This document shows, piece after piece, positions 62,168-64,000 of a stretch of DNA of 64,000 nucleotides. The DNA comes from Thiotrichaceae bacterium UBA7357. Its GTDB lineage: Bacteria > Pseudomonadota > Gammaproteobacteria > Eutrophobiales > Eutrophobiaceae. Each line of letters starts with the position of its first letter. Positions within the stretch are counted from its first letter, which is position 1. The stretch covers positions 120,482-184,481 of the forward strand of contig DKOR01000018.1 in NCBI GenBank assembly GCA_002470825.1, given 5' to 3'. The position numbers and the translations under genes were made by a program. Under the pieces are notes generated by a model, which had not been told where the DNA came from, made no database searches, and saw nothing but the letters and a program-made list of their open reading frames with translations.

Positions 62168-62416
62168 TCAATTAATTTTTCTGGATTGTCGAATCAAAGT
62201 GATGATGTTTTTTAGACCGTCGTTTCTCGGTTCATCTTTTTCCATTATCCAGTTTAGAATATCAAGATCAGCTTCGTTCAATAGTTGTGAAAATGAACTT
62301 TTATCAGCATCATTTAGCATGTCATATGACTGATTTAAAAATTCTTGAAGCACGATATCCATTTCCCGAATTCCACGGCGACAACGCCAGAGAAGACGAG
62401 AACGATTATCTTTCAT
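62168..62416 (-). CDS. sdhE: FAD assembly factor SdhE (YgfY)
   Basis: 82 aa with the RLLWRCRRGIREMDIVL (RGxxE) motif. Confidence 0.8.
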   Translation of the reverse strand: MKDNRSRLLWRCRRGIREMDIVLQEFLNQSYDMLNDADKSSFSQLLNEADLDILNWIMEKDEPRNDGLKNIITLIRQSRKIN

Positions 62417-63199
62417 TTAAAGAGTACGAGACAGCATCAGTCTTTTGATTTCAGCTATTGCCTTTGCTGGATTTAATCCCTTCGGACAGGCATTAGTACA
62501 ATTCATGATTGTATGACAACGATAAAGCCGAAACGGATCTTCCAGATTATCTAGACGTTCCCCGGTAAATTCATCTCTGCTGTCCGCGATCCATCGATAG
62601 GCTTGTAATAAAATAGCAGGCCCAAGATAACGATCACTATTCCACCAATAACTAGGACAACTAGTAGAACAACATGCGCATAATATACATTCATATAAGC
62701 CATCTAGTTCGGCACGTTCTTCTTTTGATTGGAGCGTTTCTCCATCCGGAGGAGGAGCAGTTTGAGTTTGAAGCCAAGGTTTAATTGATGCGTACTGAGC
62801 ATAAAAATGTGTTAGGTCTGGAACTAGGTCCTTTATTACAGGCATATGCGGTAATGGATAGATTGGAACATCACTTTTACATTCATTTACTGCCTTGATA
62901 CAGGCTAAAGTATTTGTGCCACCTATATTCATAGCACAAGAGCCACAAATACCTTCACGACAAGAGCGACGAAAGGTTAATGTTGAGTCAATCTCGTTTT
63001 TAATATAGATGATCGCGTCTAGAACCATAGGACCACAGTTGTCGAGGTTGATTTCATAGCTATCTAATCTAGGGTTTTCACCTGAATCAGGTTCCCATCG
63101 ATAAATGTGAAATGTTTTCTTGTTTACGGCCCCTTCCGCCTTTGCGAAGGTTTTACCGATTTTAACTTTGGAATTTTTTGGTAATCTAAATTCAGCCAT
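62417..63199 (-). CDS. sdhB: Succinate dehydrogenase iron-sulfur subunit
   Basis: 260 aa with the 2Fe-2S (CREGICGSC), 4Fe-4S ([12 protein letters not shown]) and 3Fe-4S ([14 protein letters not shown]) Cys clusters. Confidence 0.95.
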   Translation of the reverse strand: MAEFRLPKNSKVKIGKTFAKAEGAVNKKTFHIYRWEPDSGENPRLDSYEINLDNCGPMVLDAIIYIKNEIDSTLTFRRSCREGICGSCAMNIGGTNTLACIKAVNECKSDVPIYPLPHMPVIKDLVPDLTHFYAQYASIKPWLQTQTAPPPDGETLQSKEERAELDGLYECILCACCSTSCPSYWWNSDRYLGPAILLQAYRWIADSRDEFTGERLDNLEDPFRLYRCHTIMNCTNACPKGLNPAKAIAEIKRLMLSRTL

Positions 63200-63225
63200 A
63201 GTTATTCTCTATTTTTGTAATTCTA

Positions 63226-64000
63226 TTAGTACACACGTTTCTTTGGTGGGAAAACGTCGACTTCATCTGTTAATGTAAACATATGTACGGGTCGATATTT
63301 GAAACTGACTTCACCGTTATCGTTAAATGTAGCTAAAGTGTGTTTCATCCAATTGTCGTCATCTCGTTCAGGGAAATCTTCTCGCGCATGGCCACCACGA
63401 CTTTCTTCGCGATTATAAGCGCTATGTATACTGACCATGGCACATCGTAGTAGATTATCTAGTTCCAGTGTTTCAACGAGATCGGTGTTCCAAATCATAC
63501 CCTTGTCTCCAATCTTCACTTGTGAAAATGAATCCCATATTTTTGCCATTTCGTCTACACCATGTTTCATTGATTCGCCAGTGCGAAATACTGCCGCATC
63601 ATTTTGCATAGTCCGTTGCATCTTATTGCGTATTTCAGAAGTCGGTATCGAACCTTTGTTGTGACGTAACTTATCTAGACGGTCCAGACTTTCATCACCG
63701 GCGTCAGGCATCGATTTATGCGTTTGGTTTGGTTTTATGTTCTCGGAACAGTAGTTGGCTGCAGCACGACCAAAGACGATCAGATCTAGCAATGAATTCG
63801 AACCTAGACGATTAGCGCCATGGACTGACACACAGGCTGCTTCACCTATGGCCATTAGACCTTGTACGATTGTGTCAGGATTCCCATCTTTTAAATTTAC
63901 CACTTGGCCGTGATAATTAGTTTGTATACCTCCCATGTTGTAATGCACAGTTGGTATGACTGGTATGGGTTCTTTGGTGACATCCACTCCTGCAAAGATT
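63226..64000 (-). CDS. sdhA: Succinate dehydrogenase flavoprotein subunit, C-terminal portion (gene continues past window end)
   Basis: C-terminal ~255 aa of SdhA ([38 protein letters not shown]). The reading frame is still open at the window edge. Confidence 0.95.
   Translation of the reverse strand, partial: IFAGVDVTKEPIPVIPTVHYNMGGIQTNYHGQVVNLKDGNPDTIVQGLMAIGEAACVSVHGANRLGSNSLLDLIVFGRAAANYCSENIKPNQTHKSMPDAGDESLDRLDKLRHNKGSIPTSEIRNKMQRTMQNDAAVFRTGESMKHGVDEMAKIWDSFSQVKIGDKGMIWNTDLVETLELDNLLRCAMVSIHSAYNREESRGGHAREDFPERDDDNWMKHTLATFNDNGEVSFKYRPVHMFTLTDEVDVFPPKKRVY

Overview
This 64 kb window is AT-rich chromosomal DNA from a gammaproteobacterium, possibly of the Legionellales. It contains about 60 protein genes, two tRNAs (Arg-CCU and Ser-GGA) and the 4.5S/SRP RNA, with no rRNA, CRISPR array or recognisable IS element. 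Much of it is housekeeping backbone with E. coli-like synteny: orn / nnr-tsaE-amiB-mutL-miaA-hfq-hflX-hflK-hflC-yjeT-(hisZ)-purA, then rnr-rlmB, rpsF-rpsR-rplI-dnaB-alr-radA, yfjD-ypjD/ffh, maeB, dsbB and ygfZ-sdhE-sdhB-sdhA. Several accessory modules sit between these blocks and are the interesting part. (1) Hopanoid genes (HpnH radical SAM plus an HpnB-like GT2) lie divergent from dxs. (2) A four-gene 2-aminoethylphosphonate operon encodes a LicC-like nucleotidyltransferase, a PEP mutase fused to a nucleotidyltransferase, phosphonopyruvate decarboxylase and AEP transaminase. (3) A CBS-pair protein is divergent from a eukaryotic-like Ser/Thr kinase fused to a cNMP-binding domain. (4) A tRNA-Arg/tRNA-Ser-bracketed module encodes an ArsS-like radical SAM/Cys-rich protein (TIGR04167-like), a GT2 and a DUF2064 transferase; this is the rSAM/selenodomain-associated trio, whose function is unknown outside arsenosugar-making cyanobacteria. 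(5) An MBOAT plus periplasmic SGNH-like O-acyltransferase pair is followed by a 1 kb ORF-free AT-rich tract and an orphan secreted protein. (6) An Ste24-like M48 protease is translationally coupled to a small secreted CxxCH protein and sits next to the remnant of an EamA transporter gene. All calls come from reading the sequence and ORF translations; nothing was searched against databases.
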